DNA of 64,000 nucleotides, from contig AP026162.1 of assembly GCA_030295235.1 (NCBI GenBank), forward strand, positions 558,001 through 622,000, in the 5' to 3' direction. The translations under genes and the position numbers were made by a program. Positions within the stretch are counted from its first letter, which is position 1, and each line of letters starts with the position of its first letter. Positions 1 to 12,141 of the stretch are shown in pieces. The notes below the pieces were generated by a model that was not told the DNA's origin, did no database searches, and saw only the letters and a list, made by a program, of their open reading frames with translations. This stretch comes from Fistulifera solaris. Lineage: Eukaryota.

Positions 1-951
1 GGAATTTTGAGGAGCGCTTCTTCGTCAACATTTTTAAATGAAGCAACATTGACTACAGTTGCATTCGGTTGAATCCATTCGGTTGGAAGCATGTAGTTTT
101 TCGTGGGTACACCGGTGATGACGATAGAAGATTGACGGACGCATTCTTCCGGTGTAAGTTCGCATTTGTGCAAACGGCCTCCAGAAAATTTGTAAATCGA
201 ATTAATGTCAACCGAGTATACCTCTGCTCCGTCGTTGGCTAGCATGGCTGCCAGCGGGCGTCCCACAATCTCGGATCGATTGATGATCGTTACCGTTCTA
301 CCCTCGAGTTGACGACCTACAGCTTTTGATTCATCGTAGCAGTTTGGGCACTTTTCCAGAATCTTGACAACGGAAAGAGCGGTACACGGCAAAAGGCACT
401 TTTGTGACTGATTCGGGTAGTCTAAATAACGAACGTTTCGATACAAGTTGGTCCGATACGTGTGACAAAGTCCTTCCACATCACATTTGAAACTAACAGA
501 ATCGCGGAGGTAGTCATCTTGACTAGCCCCGGAGAAGGATTCTTCTTGTCCGAATATCGGATAATAAACAATAATGCCGTGAACTTTGGGGTCTTCGTTT
601 GCTTTCATCAGTTCCGCCTCGACATCAATCGCATCGTCCACACATCGTAATTCATATCGAAGACCATCTGACTCACAAGCCTTTCGCGTCCACTCGGCGT
701 ACTGTTTCGCTGCAGGATCTTTGTTGGCGAGTAGCCCTACTAAAAGCGGTGCATCTAGAAGCAAACGAAGGCTATTTCATGAGTTTTTGATTGCGAGTAG
801 GAACAGAGAGTGTTTCGTAAGACGTACCGACTCCGTGTGCTTTCAGGGCCTCCACCTTGTCACGAATTTCCTTTCGAAAAGGAGCGGCAACCACACCGGC
901 GTCTACTTTCACTCCCTTGGAGGGGTCTGCAACAATCACGGGCTTTGACAT
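1..951 (-). CDS. MTD1: NAD-dependent methylenetetrahydrofolate dehydrogenase (3' end runs off the window; intron 755-827)
   Basis: Manual minus-strand translation from ATG at 951 (MSKPVIVADPSKG...) with a GT-AG intron at 827-755. Motifs VHGIIVYYP, DVEGL, LLPCTALSVVKIL and INRSEIVGRPLAAMLANDGAEVYSVD match the yeast MTD1-type enzyme. Not in the ORF track because there is no stop in the window. Confidence 0.9.
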
Positions 952-1110
952 TCTTTAGCAACTTGGGGAAATCGTTGATATGTTTGTTGTGCTTGTATTT
1001 TCTTTTTCCGAAACGAGGAATAACGCAAAAAAATCGCTTGATGGCCGGGGGCGCGGCGCGATGGCTGACGATGAATGAGCAGACAGACAGGCAGACGACA
1101 CGTTGCCGAT

Positions 1111-2825
1111 ACCAGTTCCAGAAATTCTGGACCATAAGCAGCTTTTCTGTGTGAAACTTAATCGCGGACACTAAGGAATTTCTGGAACAAACGCAGATTT
1201 TTTGAGTGACACATAACCACAAATTCCAGAATTTCTGGAACGTGTATTTTTTATAAAAAAAAAGATTCTGGATAAACCAAAACACCGATAAATCGACAGT
1301 TTCTGGATCGCCAATAGGTTCTGAGTTCCGAATTCCGAATTTCTAGAACGTCGATAACCTTAGGAATTCTGTGTGACCGAAAACACCGATGACATTCCAG
1401 AATTTCTAAAACAATCGCAGATTTTCTGTGTGACGCATAACCAAGATGTATAAACCAAAACAGCGATGATTCCAGAATTTCTGGACCGTCCAAAGATTAT
1501 CTGTGTGATTTATAAGCACGGATTTCGAAATATCTGGAAGTCTCACAGAACTTCTGTACGACCCAATACACCGATTCCAGAATTTCTGGAAAATGCACAA
1601 AACCCTTGTCTGACAGAAATTCCTGGAAAGTGCACCAAAGCTCTTATGCGACGTACAGCACCTAATCCAAAATATCTGGAAGTCTCACAGAACTTCTGTA
1701 CGACCCAATACACCGATTCCAGAATTTCTGGAAAATGCACAAAACCCTTGTCTGACAGAAATTCCTGGAAAGTGCACCAAAGCTCTTATGCGACGTACAG
1801 CACCTAATCCAAAATATCTGGAAGTCTCACAGAACTTCTGTACGACCCAATACACCGATTCCAGAATTTCTGGAAAATGCACAAAACCCTTGTCTGACAG
1901 AAAGTCCCGATCCCGAAACTTCTGAAATGTGCACAGAATCTCTGTGTCACCTCAATCACCTGATCGAAAATATCTGGAAGTCTCGCAGAACTTCTGTACG
2001 ACCCAATACATCTGGTCCAGAAATTCTGGACCAACCACAGAATTTCTGTTTGACTGAATACCGATTCCAGAATTTCTGGAATATGGGACAATGTTATCTA
2101 AAACCCAGACAACGATTCCAAGAATTCCTGGATCGTGCACAAAAGCTCTTATGCGACGTAAAGCACCTAATACAAAATATCTGGGAGTCTCACAGAACTT
2201 CTGTACGACCCAATACACCGATTCCAGAATTTCTGGAAAATGCACAAAACCCTTGTCTGACAGAAAGTCCCGATCCCGAAACTTCTGAAATGTGCACAGA
2301 ATCTCTGTTGTGTCACCTCAATCACCTGATCGAAAATATCTGGAAGCTTCGCAGAACTTCTGTACGACCCAATACACCTGGTCCAGAAATTCTGGACCAA
2401 CCACAGAATTTCTGTTTGACTGAATACCGATTCCAGAATTTCTGGAATATGGGACAATGTTATCTAAAACCCAGACAACAATTCCAAGAATTCGTGGAAC
2501 GTGCACAAAAGCTCTTATGCGACGCAAAGCACCTAATCCAATACATAACCACGATTTCCAGACTCTCTGGATCGTCCATTAGATGAGGTTCTAGATGAAC
2601 CAAAACACGGATGATTCATTTCAAAATTTCTTTATTGTCCGTTGGTTATCTGTTTGAATTATATCCAAGGATTTCCGAATTTCTGGAACGTCGATAGAAA
2701 TTCTGTGTGAGCAAAAACACTGATGATGATTCCAGAATTTCTGGAATTGTCGCAGATTTTCTGTGTGACACATGACCAGGAATTCCAGAATTTCTGGAAC
2801 ATTCGCAAATTTTCTGTGTGACACG
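1111..2825. repeat. Hierarchical tandem repeat array (family A) built on the palindrome TTCCAGAATTTCTGGAA; ~50-57 bp monomers, 142-bp units and ~363-bp higher-order units
   Basis: AATATCTGG recurs at 1529, 1671 and 1813 (period 142). Blocks 1813-2175 and 2176-~2540 are near-identical. The palindrome or close variants occur more than 15 times, e.g. 1223, 1470, 1575, 1717, 1859, 2222, 2730, 2783. Confidence 0.95.
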
Positions 2826-3110
2826 CCAACGCAACAGGTGCGCGCACAAAAACCATCCCGCAGAGCCATCGCCCTCTGAGCAAAAACTATCGTCATTATT
2901 GCTTCCTTTTAAGTCTATCGTTCGACCTTTGCTCTATCGCATATCGACGGACACGTAATAGGTGTAGTTTCACCATTATGAAAAGAAGCGGATATCTACT
3001 GAAGAATCTTTGCTTCGTTGTGCAATCTCATTTCTTGACGAACAGCCGAACTTCGTCGGCCATTCGATTTCCCCTTCGAACAAATAGCGTATGGTACAAC
3101 GAAAAGAGCC

Positions 3111-4190
3111 ATGTCAAGAACAACTGTCGATCATAGTCTCTTCTGGAACCGCGAAATATCCAGTAAACTATCGTATGATGCAAATGCACCTATTGTCAAA
3201 GAAGCCAAGATTATATCATTGAGTGATGTCAATGATCCTTCGAATGGGCCTCTGAACAATCCCACAAATGACCTACCCCAGGGAAGTCGTCTTCTTGCTG
3301 TCGGGGGTTCCATTGACGACTTTGATGTGGAACTGTTGAAGCGGGAAGGGGCGAATACCATCTTTGTGAGTCATCCACTGGCACGTGATCCTCTGGATCG
3401 TTTGTTACAGGAAATTCCGTCCATTGAATGGATTCATTCACGTTCGGCGGGGATGGACTTTGTAGCTTCACCCACGCTAACCTCTTTCCAAGGAAAAGTG
3501 ACGAATGCCAAGGGACTCTATAGTAGTACACTGGCAGAATACACGATGATGGCGTGCTCCTACTTTGCCAAGGATTTGCCTCGATTACTCAAAAACAAAG
3601 GCTTCAAGAACTGGGAAAAGTACAATGTATTGGAGCTTAGAGGATCGACATTGGGAATTGTTGGCTACGGTGATATTGGTCGAGCGGCGGCGCGATTGGC
3701 GGTTGCGTACGGCATGAAGGTAATTGCCCTTCGACGACGCCCCGTACCAGACGACCTCTGCTCCGTGGTCTATGGGAATGACAAAGAGTCTTTGAATCGA
3801 CTCTTTGCCGAATGTGACTATATTTTGTGCGCTGCACCTCTCACAGCAGAGACGAACGGTATGATTGGTAAGGAGCAATTTGATGCAGCGAAATCCGGAG
3901 CCGTCTTTATCAATGTAGGACGTGGACCGATTGTTGACGAGGACGCTCTCGTAGAGGCTTTAAAGGATGGCCGCCTTAAAGGAGCAGGGTTGGATGTGTT
4001 TGCTACCGAACCGTTGTCGAAATCATCTCCTCTCTGGGAACTGGATAATGTTTTGCTATCGCCACATAACATGGACCAGACTGCTACATTCACCTACGAA
4101 TCAACGTCCTTTTTCGTGGAAGAGAATCTTCCTCGGTTCGTGAGAGGCTTGCCTCTTCTTAATCCAGTAGATGCATCTGCAGGATACTAG
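3111..4190 (+). CDS. D-isomer-specific 2-hydroxyacid dehydrogenase
   Basis: GIVGYGDIG Rossmann motif, FINVGRG, GAGLDVF..EPL and LLSPHN catalytic His region. Confidence 0.9.
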   Translation: MSRTTVDHSLFWNREISSKLSYDANAPIVKEAKIISLSDVNDPSNGPLNNPTNDLPQGSRLLAVGGSIDDFDVELLKREGANTIFVSHPLARDPLDRLLQEIPSIEWIHSRSAGMDFVASPTLTSFQGKVTNAKGLYSSTLAEYTMMACSYFAKDLPRLLKNKGFKNWEKYNVLELRGSTLGIVGYGDIGRAAARLAVAYGMKVIALRRRPVPDDLCSVVYGNDKESLNRLFAECDYILCAAPLTAETNGMIGKEQFDAAKSGAVFINVGRGPIVDEDALVEALKDGRLKGAGLDVFATEPLSKSSPLWELDNVLLSPHNMDQTATFTYESTSFFVEENLPRFVRGLPLLNPVDASAGY

Positions 4191-4266
4191 ATCATTTGAC
4201 GTTCGAACAGTATCGATAACCTGTAGATTCTTTGTCTTTATTATGTTAAGAGCTACATGGCGTCGC

Positions 4267-5652
4267 TTAAAAGGCGAAGTCACCGTCGTCGAAGCCATAG
4301 TCATCGCCTTTGTATTCATCGTCCTCGTCCTCGTCATCATTACCACCCTTGGCATGATCTTTACCTGCCGCATCCTCAAAGTTCGAAAGTTCAACAAAGT
4401 CAACTTTCCATCGCAAGATACCGCCAATACCACCAAACCCTTTTACAAATTGTGTTCCTTCGCCAGATCGATCAGTAACAAATTCCAAATTGCACCCAAA
4501 CTGCTTAAAGTTGTTCGCAAACCACTCCACCAAAGCTTCCTTCTCAATTGTTTCTAGTTCTGTACCACTTTCCGGATCTCGAAAGTGTTCATCATTTTTC
4601 TCTTCTTCCTTACTCAAGTGAACAACTTTCTCTTCTCCTGTTGTTTGATTGCGTAGAACATATCGGGAAACTTCTAGATTGTCCCAGATAATGAGGTCTT
4701 CTACAGCACCCAGATCTAATGCCTTGAGCGTATCTTCCACCATGAAACAATACTTGCCCGTGTCTTGCGAGATTTCGTCCATGTACCGCTGTAGTAACTT
4801 CTTTTCTTTCATGAGCTTCACATTTGCCAAAGCGTCCGCAGCCAGCTCAATGGCTTGATTGAACCCTTGTTCTCCACCGTAACTGACATCCACCAATTTG
4901 ACTACAATTTTGGCCAGACGAGGGTCAAAGAGATCACTGCGCATGAGCTCGGCTTTAAAGTCGGCGGAACCAGCCAGTACGATACCTCGGACGTTCGGTC
5001 TTTGACCGTCGGGTACAAACAACTGGGTCGCCATTTCCGCGACTTTGCGCACGTAGTTGTGTCGCTTTTCCAAGCGCAGACGGGCGAAACGTAGCGCGGA
5101 CTGACCACCACGGCCGTGTTTCTTGGGTAGATCGACGGAGAATTTGTGCAAGATTTCGCGGTTGCTGCCTTGCACATTGCCGTACAAGCAGCCGTTACCG
5201 TCCATGACAATGAAACCAAAGCATTCGTCATCCATGAGGAGTTCTTGCAAGTCTTCGGTGTGAAATTTGTTGTCACAAAGGTACAGCGATGTATTGATCG
5301 GTCGGAATGGCTCAAAATCAATGTTCACCTTTCGTTCTTTGCCGTCTTCTGTGATAACTGTGCCGCAGTATAGAACCAGACCATTTTTGGGGCATTTGGT
5401 GTACAACTTGAGGCGCTGTTGTGTCGATGTGATCGCCGATAGAACGGAAGACCGATTGACGCGTGATTTGATATTCGAAGCGGTTCCGTATTCGTCACTC
5501 AACATCTTATTGACTCGGCTAATCTGATCGCCGGGAGGAATAATGAGAGAAATCATGCTCGTTCCGTTACCTCGGGCAGCTTCGAGATTCTTTATCAGTT
5601 TCTTCACTTTGAAGATCTCAATCTGCTGTTCCATATCATCGTTCGTCGACAT
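4267..5652 (-). CDS. eRF1: Eukaryotic peptide chain release factor 1
   Basis: GTSMISL, TASNIKS, YLCDNKF and GRGGQS motifs in an intact 461-aa ORF. Confidence 0.98.
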   Translation of the reverse strand: MSTNDDMEQQIEIFKVKKLIKNLEAARGNGTSMISLIIPPGDQISRVNKMLSDEYGTASNIKSRVNRSSVLSAITSTQQRLKLYTKCPKNGLVLYCGTVITEDGKERKVNIDFEPFRPINTSLYLCDNKFHTEDLQELLMDDECFGFIVMDGNGCLYGNVQGSNREILHKFSVDLPKKHGRGGQSALRFARLRLEKRHNYVRKVAEMATQLFVPDGQRPNVRGIVLAGSADFKAELMRSDLFDPRLAKIVVKLVDVSYGGEQGFNQAIELAADALANVKLMKEKKLLQRYMDEISQDTGKYCFMVEDTLKALDLGAVEDLIIWDNLEVSRYVLRNQTTGEEKVVHLSKEEEKNDEHFRDPESGTELETIEKEALVEWFANNFKQFGCNLEFVTDRSGEGTQFVKGFGGIGGILRWKVDFVELSNFEDAAGKDHAKGGNDDEDEDDEYKGDDYGFDDGDFAF

Positions 5653-5969
5653 GATTGCTTCGTTGTGGTATAACTATCGAATATGCGTATCAAGGCAAAG
5701 AATGCGGGTATTTCTGATTGTACTGACCCACTTCTTTTGTTGTCTTTGGCGACGTCTTTCTCGTCGATGGCCTCGTGCATGTTGGTTGGCCGACGGCTCA
5801 ACAAGAAACACACGCAAAAAAAGAGGCGCGAGGAGTTTCTTCAAGGTTTCGAATGCCATCCATTGTACATTATGCTCTTATAGTACAGGAGGTTATGAGT
5901 GTAAAGCCCTTCACCATCACCACAAAAAAGCGTCCGCGTGATCGAAAAAGAATCACGAGTCATACGTCC

Positions 5970-6425
5970 GTGACTAACTCTAATCCAGTCTTGGAGAAAA
6001 CGGACAACACTGTTTCGAGTGTCCAATCCGGCAAGCTCTTAGACGCTATTCAATCGAAAGGTTTATTTCAAATGTAAAAGATTATTAACAAAAGCACTTC
6101 CTTAGTTGCAAAACTATAACCTTCACGTACTGTATGCTAGGGACGACAGAACAACAGCTCATCATCCAACCATTTACGGTCTCATGACTGAAATCCAGTC
6201 GTGGGGAAACGGACAACACTTTGGACCACAGTAAGTTTCAAGCGCCCCATCCGGCAAGCTCTTCGACGCTATTCAAGCTCAATCGTAGACTTCTTTTCTT
6301 TATTTCAAAGTTATTGACAGCAGTTCCTAAAGACTATATAATCTTTAGGCAGCTCTTTCACTTGCGAAACAATGACCTTCATATATGCTTTAGGGACGAC
6401 AGCATAACCGCTTATCGTACAATTC
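5970..6425. repeat. Degenerate tandem duplication (family C), ~210-bp period, upstream of eRF1
   Basis: AATCCAGTC..GG.GAAA.CGGACAACACT at 5982 and 6192. ATCCGGCAAGCTCTT.GACGCTATTCAA and TAGGGACGACAG are also duplicated. Confidence 0.85.
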
Positions 6426-6627
6426 CAGCCGTGAAGAAAACATACAAGTGTTAAGTACGGAGTAGCACTTATTGAACCGCACAGAGTAATACCGGGTAAA
6501 TATCAAGTGAATGCAGGTTTTAGGACGGATTGCGACGATGACAACTAAAGTCGAAAATTTTACTCCAGGTGCTATTCTTATCATAGTAAGAGCAACTATA
6601 TGGTCGACTAAGGTCAGATTATCAAAG

Positions 6628-8077
6628 TTATCGCGAAACGCGATAGAGATAGCGGCCCACAGATTGTCCCCAACGCGAATAACATCGTGCATTAGGGTGA
6701 ACGCCGTCGATGGCGATCAAGGCCCCTTCCTCCATTGCTTTCAATACGTTTCCTTTCATGCCACTTTTCATGCGCGGTGCGTACCAAGATTCTAACTCTG
6801 CCTTTGACAGTGGAACATACATGACATCATTTGATGGAAATGTATCCACAACAACTTTTTTTGGGATTCCCAAAAGCCAACCACCATGTCAATGAAGAAG
6901 AGCAATGGGAATATGTTCAGCGGGGAATTGTAATGTATCATTTGCGTTGGCAATGCCGGTAGAATTACTTTCGATCCCGGAGAGAGCCGTCGGATTTCGA
7001 GAATAAGATCATTGAGTAGCCCACGAAAATCTTTGGGTGTCAAAGGCTTGAGTGGGTTGGCCACTACCTGCTTCAAATCATTCAATCCGCACAAAATGAC
7101 GACACAGTCCGGTGCGCGGCCTGCTTGAACCTCTTGTTCCAAAACAGGAAGACACAAGTCGCGAATGTGGACCACGGTGCCGCCATCCACACCGGCCGAC
7201 CTCCAACTCACCGGATGATCCGACAAGCCCGCGAGACAGCCGGCTAGTGCCTGTGGGAAAGCGGGACTGGGAAGAGACGGTGAAAAATCTAAATTTTGGT
7301 AGAGCTGATAATCGATGGATTGATTCTTGTTCGCGTCGAAAATGTCCACCGTCCCCAATCCGACGGCCAACGAGTCTCCAATGACTAGTATCCGTTCGAT
7401 GTCCTTTTGCTCGTAGTGTTCGTAGTGGGTAATGGATCGGCTGAGTGGGTCTCGTGTTGTGCAAAAAAGGCGGCAGGGACGTCAAAGAGCTTGACCAAGG
7501 TTAAAATGAAACCGATGTGCAGCACATGCATCGAGCGATTAAAGATAAAAGCCACTTGTTGTGCTGCTAGAGGCAACAGAAGAAACAAGAATCGATTAAC
7601 GCGATTGATATTTCGCGTATATGCACTTGTCGACGATGCTTCGGATACATTCGTTTCGAGAAAGGATGTCTCGTCGGTGTGCGTATTGTTGTAAGATGAC
7701 GACTCGTATAGACCCGTGTTGTTCTTTTGATTCGGATGCGCGATTCCGACCGTCGGGCCCGGTGGAATGATGAGTTCACCAGCGGGGTTTGTGCGATACT
7801 GAAAAAGAGCAATGACGGCTTGCAAGAACGCAATCAAAAGAGAGGCAATTAAGATAGTTTCTCCAACTTTTTGAATCGCTTGCGTCGTCGCCCACAAAGA
7901 AAAGCCTTGGCTTTGAATGAAACTCATGATAAAATGTGGTTCTTTCGTTACTTCCGAGGCCAGCGCAGTGTCTGTCATCGGATATGTCATGATGACTGGC
8001 GCAACAGCAAGTCCGCCTTTTGCTGGAAAGAAGGTACTTCCGGGTAATATGAAAAGTTGCATGGCATGTCTCAACAA
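6628..8077 (-). CDS. Membrane-associated SGNH/GDSL hydrolase, split over three ORFs by two frameshifts
   Basis: Reading across frames gives ILVIGDSLAVG (block I, ~7390-7360), VVILCGLNDL (block III) and LIAIDGVHPN (block V DxxH). There are N-terminal hydrophobic segments. One frameshift falls at the T7 run 6856-6862. Confidence 0.8.
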
Positions 8078-8536
8078 ACTAAGATGCCGCCGCCGAAAGG
8101 ATCGACTACTTTACAAAAGTAAGGAACGAGATGAATCGAAGAGAGTGACTCTGTTTGCTGAAAAGGGTTCGCACGAACGCCGATTGCGAATTTCGAAAGA
8201 AACCGAAGTGGTGCAACAAAAAGTGGCGCGAATCTTTTGCGTATCTTTTTCATCCAGAAAAATCGACGTCCGATAACCGACGAATAGCAGACAACCAAAA
8301 CGCGCTTCCGTTCAAAGGTCATTTTATACAGTTTTGCGTATAGTCCAAGGGTCATTTTTGCGATCTTGCGAACTATCGAGCACACAGTGAAAGCTCCTTA
8401 CACGATCCGAACGCGCAATGAAACCAGCAATAAAAAGCGCAACAAAATCAGAAGCCATGACATTGACATGCTAAAGAGAAGAGTATTTGTGAAACGAAAA
8501 CAATAAAAGGAAGGAAGAGATCCAGGATACACAGTC

Positions 8537-9000
8537 ATGTCCGAAACAAAAAGCAAAGACGAAGACCTTGTTGAGGTTTCATGGACAGGCCGAAAGCTGT
8601 TGATCAAACGCTCTCTTCTGGACGGTTGGTATCACCAGATGTCTTACGAGGACAAAGTTCAGTACGTTAAGGAGCATCCTTATGCAGAGCAGCCCGTAAA
8701 TGTTCATACTTTCAAGCCGTTGAAGGATATGAAAATCGAAAAGGTAAGTCGATCACCCGTGAAAACTTCATAGTGTGTTATTTCAAAGTACTCTTTCTCA
8801 TCTTCTTTCAATTCTTCCTTGCACCTCTTGGCCTTTTCCAGATCTTAGACCCCGATGACTACGTCCTTATCAAATGGGCAGGAAGTAAGGTTCTTATGAT
8901 TCCCAAAGATTTTGTTGAGGAGTGGTACGCCAGTAGTTACGAGCAGCATCAGGACTATGTGGAAAAGAATCCGGACTGTGTCATCGAGGAATCTACCTAA
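8537..9000 (+). CDS. Small (~121 aa) hypothetical protein with an internal two-fold repeat; intron 8744-8841
   Basis: AAG|GTAAGT donor at 8744 and TTTTCCAG acceptor at 8841 join ORFs 8537..8773 and 8773..9000 in frame. The two exons are homologous to each other. Confidence 0.75.
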
Positions 9001-9348
9001 CGGAAACGCTCTAATAGTCGGATCGAGCAATGGTAATACTCCATGTTCGTGGTCGATTCACTGCCCTGTAGCAATGTCGGAGTAAGCTATTAGATGCTTC
9101 TGAAAGGGCGTACTGTAATAGTTAATGTCTCTCCATGTTTCATTTGATCTAATGTTTGCTACGGAATAGTATTTTCTTCGTCGTACTTGTAGCGAATTGT
9201 TAAGAAGATGTTTATCGAGAAAATTTCTGTAGAAAATGTTCATTAGTCGTCTGAAATCTAGGAAAAAACCTGATGTCTACGTGTGCCTAGGTCTAACGCT
9301 CTTTTTCAGCTTTTATTAAAAACTAAGATGCCTCGTTTTGTTCATGCT

Positions 9349-11378
9349 CTAACTCAAATTGCGTTTACGTCGCCACTTTCCTTCCACTACATGGCACCAC
9401 CATTCTTCTGGAAGATCTTCGATGGTCAAATCTTCATCGAAAGGTCTCCCGATCAGCTTTTGATATAACTCTTTCGACGACAACGCCTTCAGTTGCTGAA
9501 CGACCAAGTTTCCCACCTGGCCATCTTTGCAACACTTTTTGAAGAGAATCTCCACAATTTGTTCTCGGCTGTGAGAATCTGGCATTTGGTTGGCACATAC
9601 TTTAAGAAAAGTCCCGTAAGTCACTTGGTCAGGTTTGCCGTACGTTGACTTTTCAAAGTCTTTCATAATCTTATGGGCGATTTCGACCGCCCGTGTTTGT
9701 TCGGCGAGATTGTCTCCGCTGGTGTAGGCGCATGCATTCATGACGGCATTGGCAGCCACAACATTTGGTCGAACGTGAGGGTTGCCCTTTGCACTTAGCG
9801 CTTGCATCTGGCGATACAGGTTATACGAACGTTCGGCTTTGCCTGGTTTCTGACTTCTCGCCCATGCTGTTGATCGAGGCAATCAGTACTGAGTCACTGC
9901 GCAAACACAGCCTTGAAACATACATTGTGGTACGTACCATTAATCACCGTACAAAAACTATGCACGTCGGGATGGACAAATTCGTTGCCTTCTTCGCTCA
10001 TTCTCGTCATCGTGTCAAGAAGATTTTTCTGCGATAGCGGTAGCTTCGCTTTCACCGCTTTTGCCCATGCTGAAAAAGAGTCATCTGTGAGTGTAGAAAA
10101 GTGGAGTGCCACTGCAGAGCAGCACAAGCACTTACCGTTAATTACAGAATTGAAGGACCGAGTGTTCGGCCTAGCATTCGGATTTTCATTTGACTCATAC
10201 AGATACGTCATGTGATTGAGAATATTTTGTGCCTTTTTGGGGGCATCTTCTTCGCCGGATTTGGCATAAGCATCGATGACAGCATTGTAGCTGACTGTGG
10301 TGGGTACAACATCCGTCGAACCTCTTTTGAAAAGCATTTCCATTCGGTCTAACACTTGGCCAGCTCGCTGTGCGGATCCATCATCATCGCAGTTAGCCCA
10401 GGCTGAAATTAATGTGTTAAAGTTGACAGTCGTCGGTTTCGCATCTTGCGCGCCGAAATTATATAGTTGTTCCATGCGATCGAATAGCGATTGAGCTTTC
10501 TCTCCGTCACCCGCTTTGCCGTAAGCGTGTATTGCGGCGTTAAACGCTCGAGCGGTAGGCAGCACATCCGGATCTCCAGCTTTGTATTTAGAAACCATGA
10601 GCTCGCAAAGCTCTTCGACGCGTTGAGCCGAGCCTAATCGACCCGAATTGGCGTGAGCTTCCATGACGGCCGTGTACGTAAACGTATTTGGCTTGACCGA
10701 CACGTCTCCACTATTGTACATGGATTCCATATTTGCCAAAATTCGCTCAGCCTCTTCGCCCGCCGTTAAACTGGCAGAACGACTAATGGCATTGATCGCC
10801 TTGGTATAGGATCGCACATCGGGTTTCATGAGAGGATTGGATCTCCCCGTTTCTTCCATACACTTTAATAAGTTCATGGCTTGTATTGCTGCGTCATCTT
10901 CGCCCGAAAAAGCCCAAGCATCCAATAAGAAATTGAACGTTTTGCGTTCTACTTTCATTCCCCCTGCTACTGAGCGCAGCGTCGTATTTGTCACTTTGTG
11001 CGAGTTCGAGGAGAGTCGCCGTTCGTTTCCGCAAAAGTTGGTATCGGCCATGGCCGGATTCGATCGCTTCGTGTGTGCGTTTTCGTGAACTGTGTCACCC
11101 GTTGTAATTTTGAGATCGAGTAATTTGAAAGCTTCCTCGTCATCCTCTGGGAAAAACGAGGATGAAGAACCGGGTTCTGACACGAGTGTGGCTTGAAAGT
11201 GTGATTGCTTCGTTGCACGATCCCGAAACGGTACCGAGAGTCCCTCAATGTTCGGTTTTGATAGATAGCCGTGTGCGAATTCATTGGTGACCACAGCCAG
11301 AAAATAGACGAGTGCAATTTCCTTTCTTTTGCGAGACGAAATATTACAGCACCGTAGGGAAGAGTCGTTAGACGCCAT
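9349..11378 (-). CDS. Pentatricopeptide repeat (PPR) protein; introns ~10070-10135 and ~9867-9937
   Basis: Multiple PPR units (PDVRSYTKAINA, PNTFTYTAVMEAHA, PTTVNFNTLISAWA, PTTVSYNAVIDAYAK, PDQVTYGTFLK) and GT-AG introns. Confidence 0.9.
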
Positions 11379-12141
11379 TCTCGATCTTTTTGTCTCGTCA
11401 ATGGATGAAGAGTAACAAAGGTTTGCTCTCGCTATCTTTCCGTTGCTAATTTATTTTAATGTTATTAATAATAGGTGTGAAGTTTTGGATGGCCGTTGAC
11501 ACATGTGCTTCTTTTTTATCGAGTTGAGTGGAGAAAGAAGACACGATGATGTGTGTGATGCAAGACGATTTTGATGGCAGTTATTGCGCGCGTTGCGCTT
11601 GTGGGGAGGGAGGTTTCTCATTTTACTCTAACCGCCATAGTATCTTTCGACCAAAGTGCGTTAGTTCGGAGTTCGGATAGTCAAGTCGTACCGGTAACCG
11701 AACTGCACTGTCCGTTGTCCGGTCACAGACATTTATATTGTTGATGCTTGATGCGGAACGACGAGATCGAGCAATGGAGGTGCAGAAGCTGAAGTCAATA
11801 ATCCGAAAACGTCGAACTTGACAACACAATTTGACTTTGACCATAAGGAAGAGCGTAAAGAGCGTGAACCGGAAGGGGCTATTGTTAAACAGAGGAGAAG
11901 GCGCTCTACGGCTGTTTTCTTGGGGGCAAGGCTTTATTCTACGCCTTAAATGAAACTGCGAACGAGCAAAAACTTTCTTTCTTGAAGAGTGCACTGCTGC
12001 GAAGTGAACTTGAGCCGAGCCCAGAAGCAACCAAACCAAACATTTGATAGTTGCACTTCGAAAAGCACTTTGGTGATCTACAAAATATGCTAAACACCCT
12101 AGAAATATCAAAGCTTCTTCATTGAGAACGTAAGGAGGCCA

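Noticed and set aside
1111..2825. CRISPR-like appearance (palindromic repeats with spacers)
   Set aside because: The spacers are homologous to each other and duplicated in blocks, no cas genes are present, and the context is eukaryotic. This is a satellite-type array.
1111..2825. Possible centromere
   Set aside because: Only modestly AT-rich, and the same family recurs 51 kb away in another promoter. It cannot be supported without CENH3 data.
860..2896. Many ORFs over the repeat array (e.g. 1927..2586, 219 aa)
   Set aside because: These are translations of the palindromic repeat (FQKFWN/PEILE/SRNSG in all frames) with no protein-like features.
5440..5490. eRF1 RVNRSSVLS variant as a sign of a non-standard genetic code
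   Set aside because: The GTS, NIKS and YxCxxxF motifs are canonical, this position varies among standard-code eukaryotes, and genes here end in TAA, TAG and TGA.
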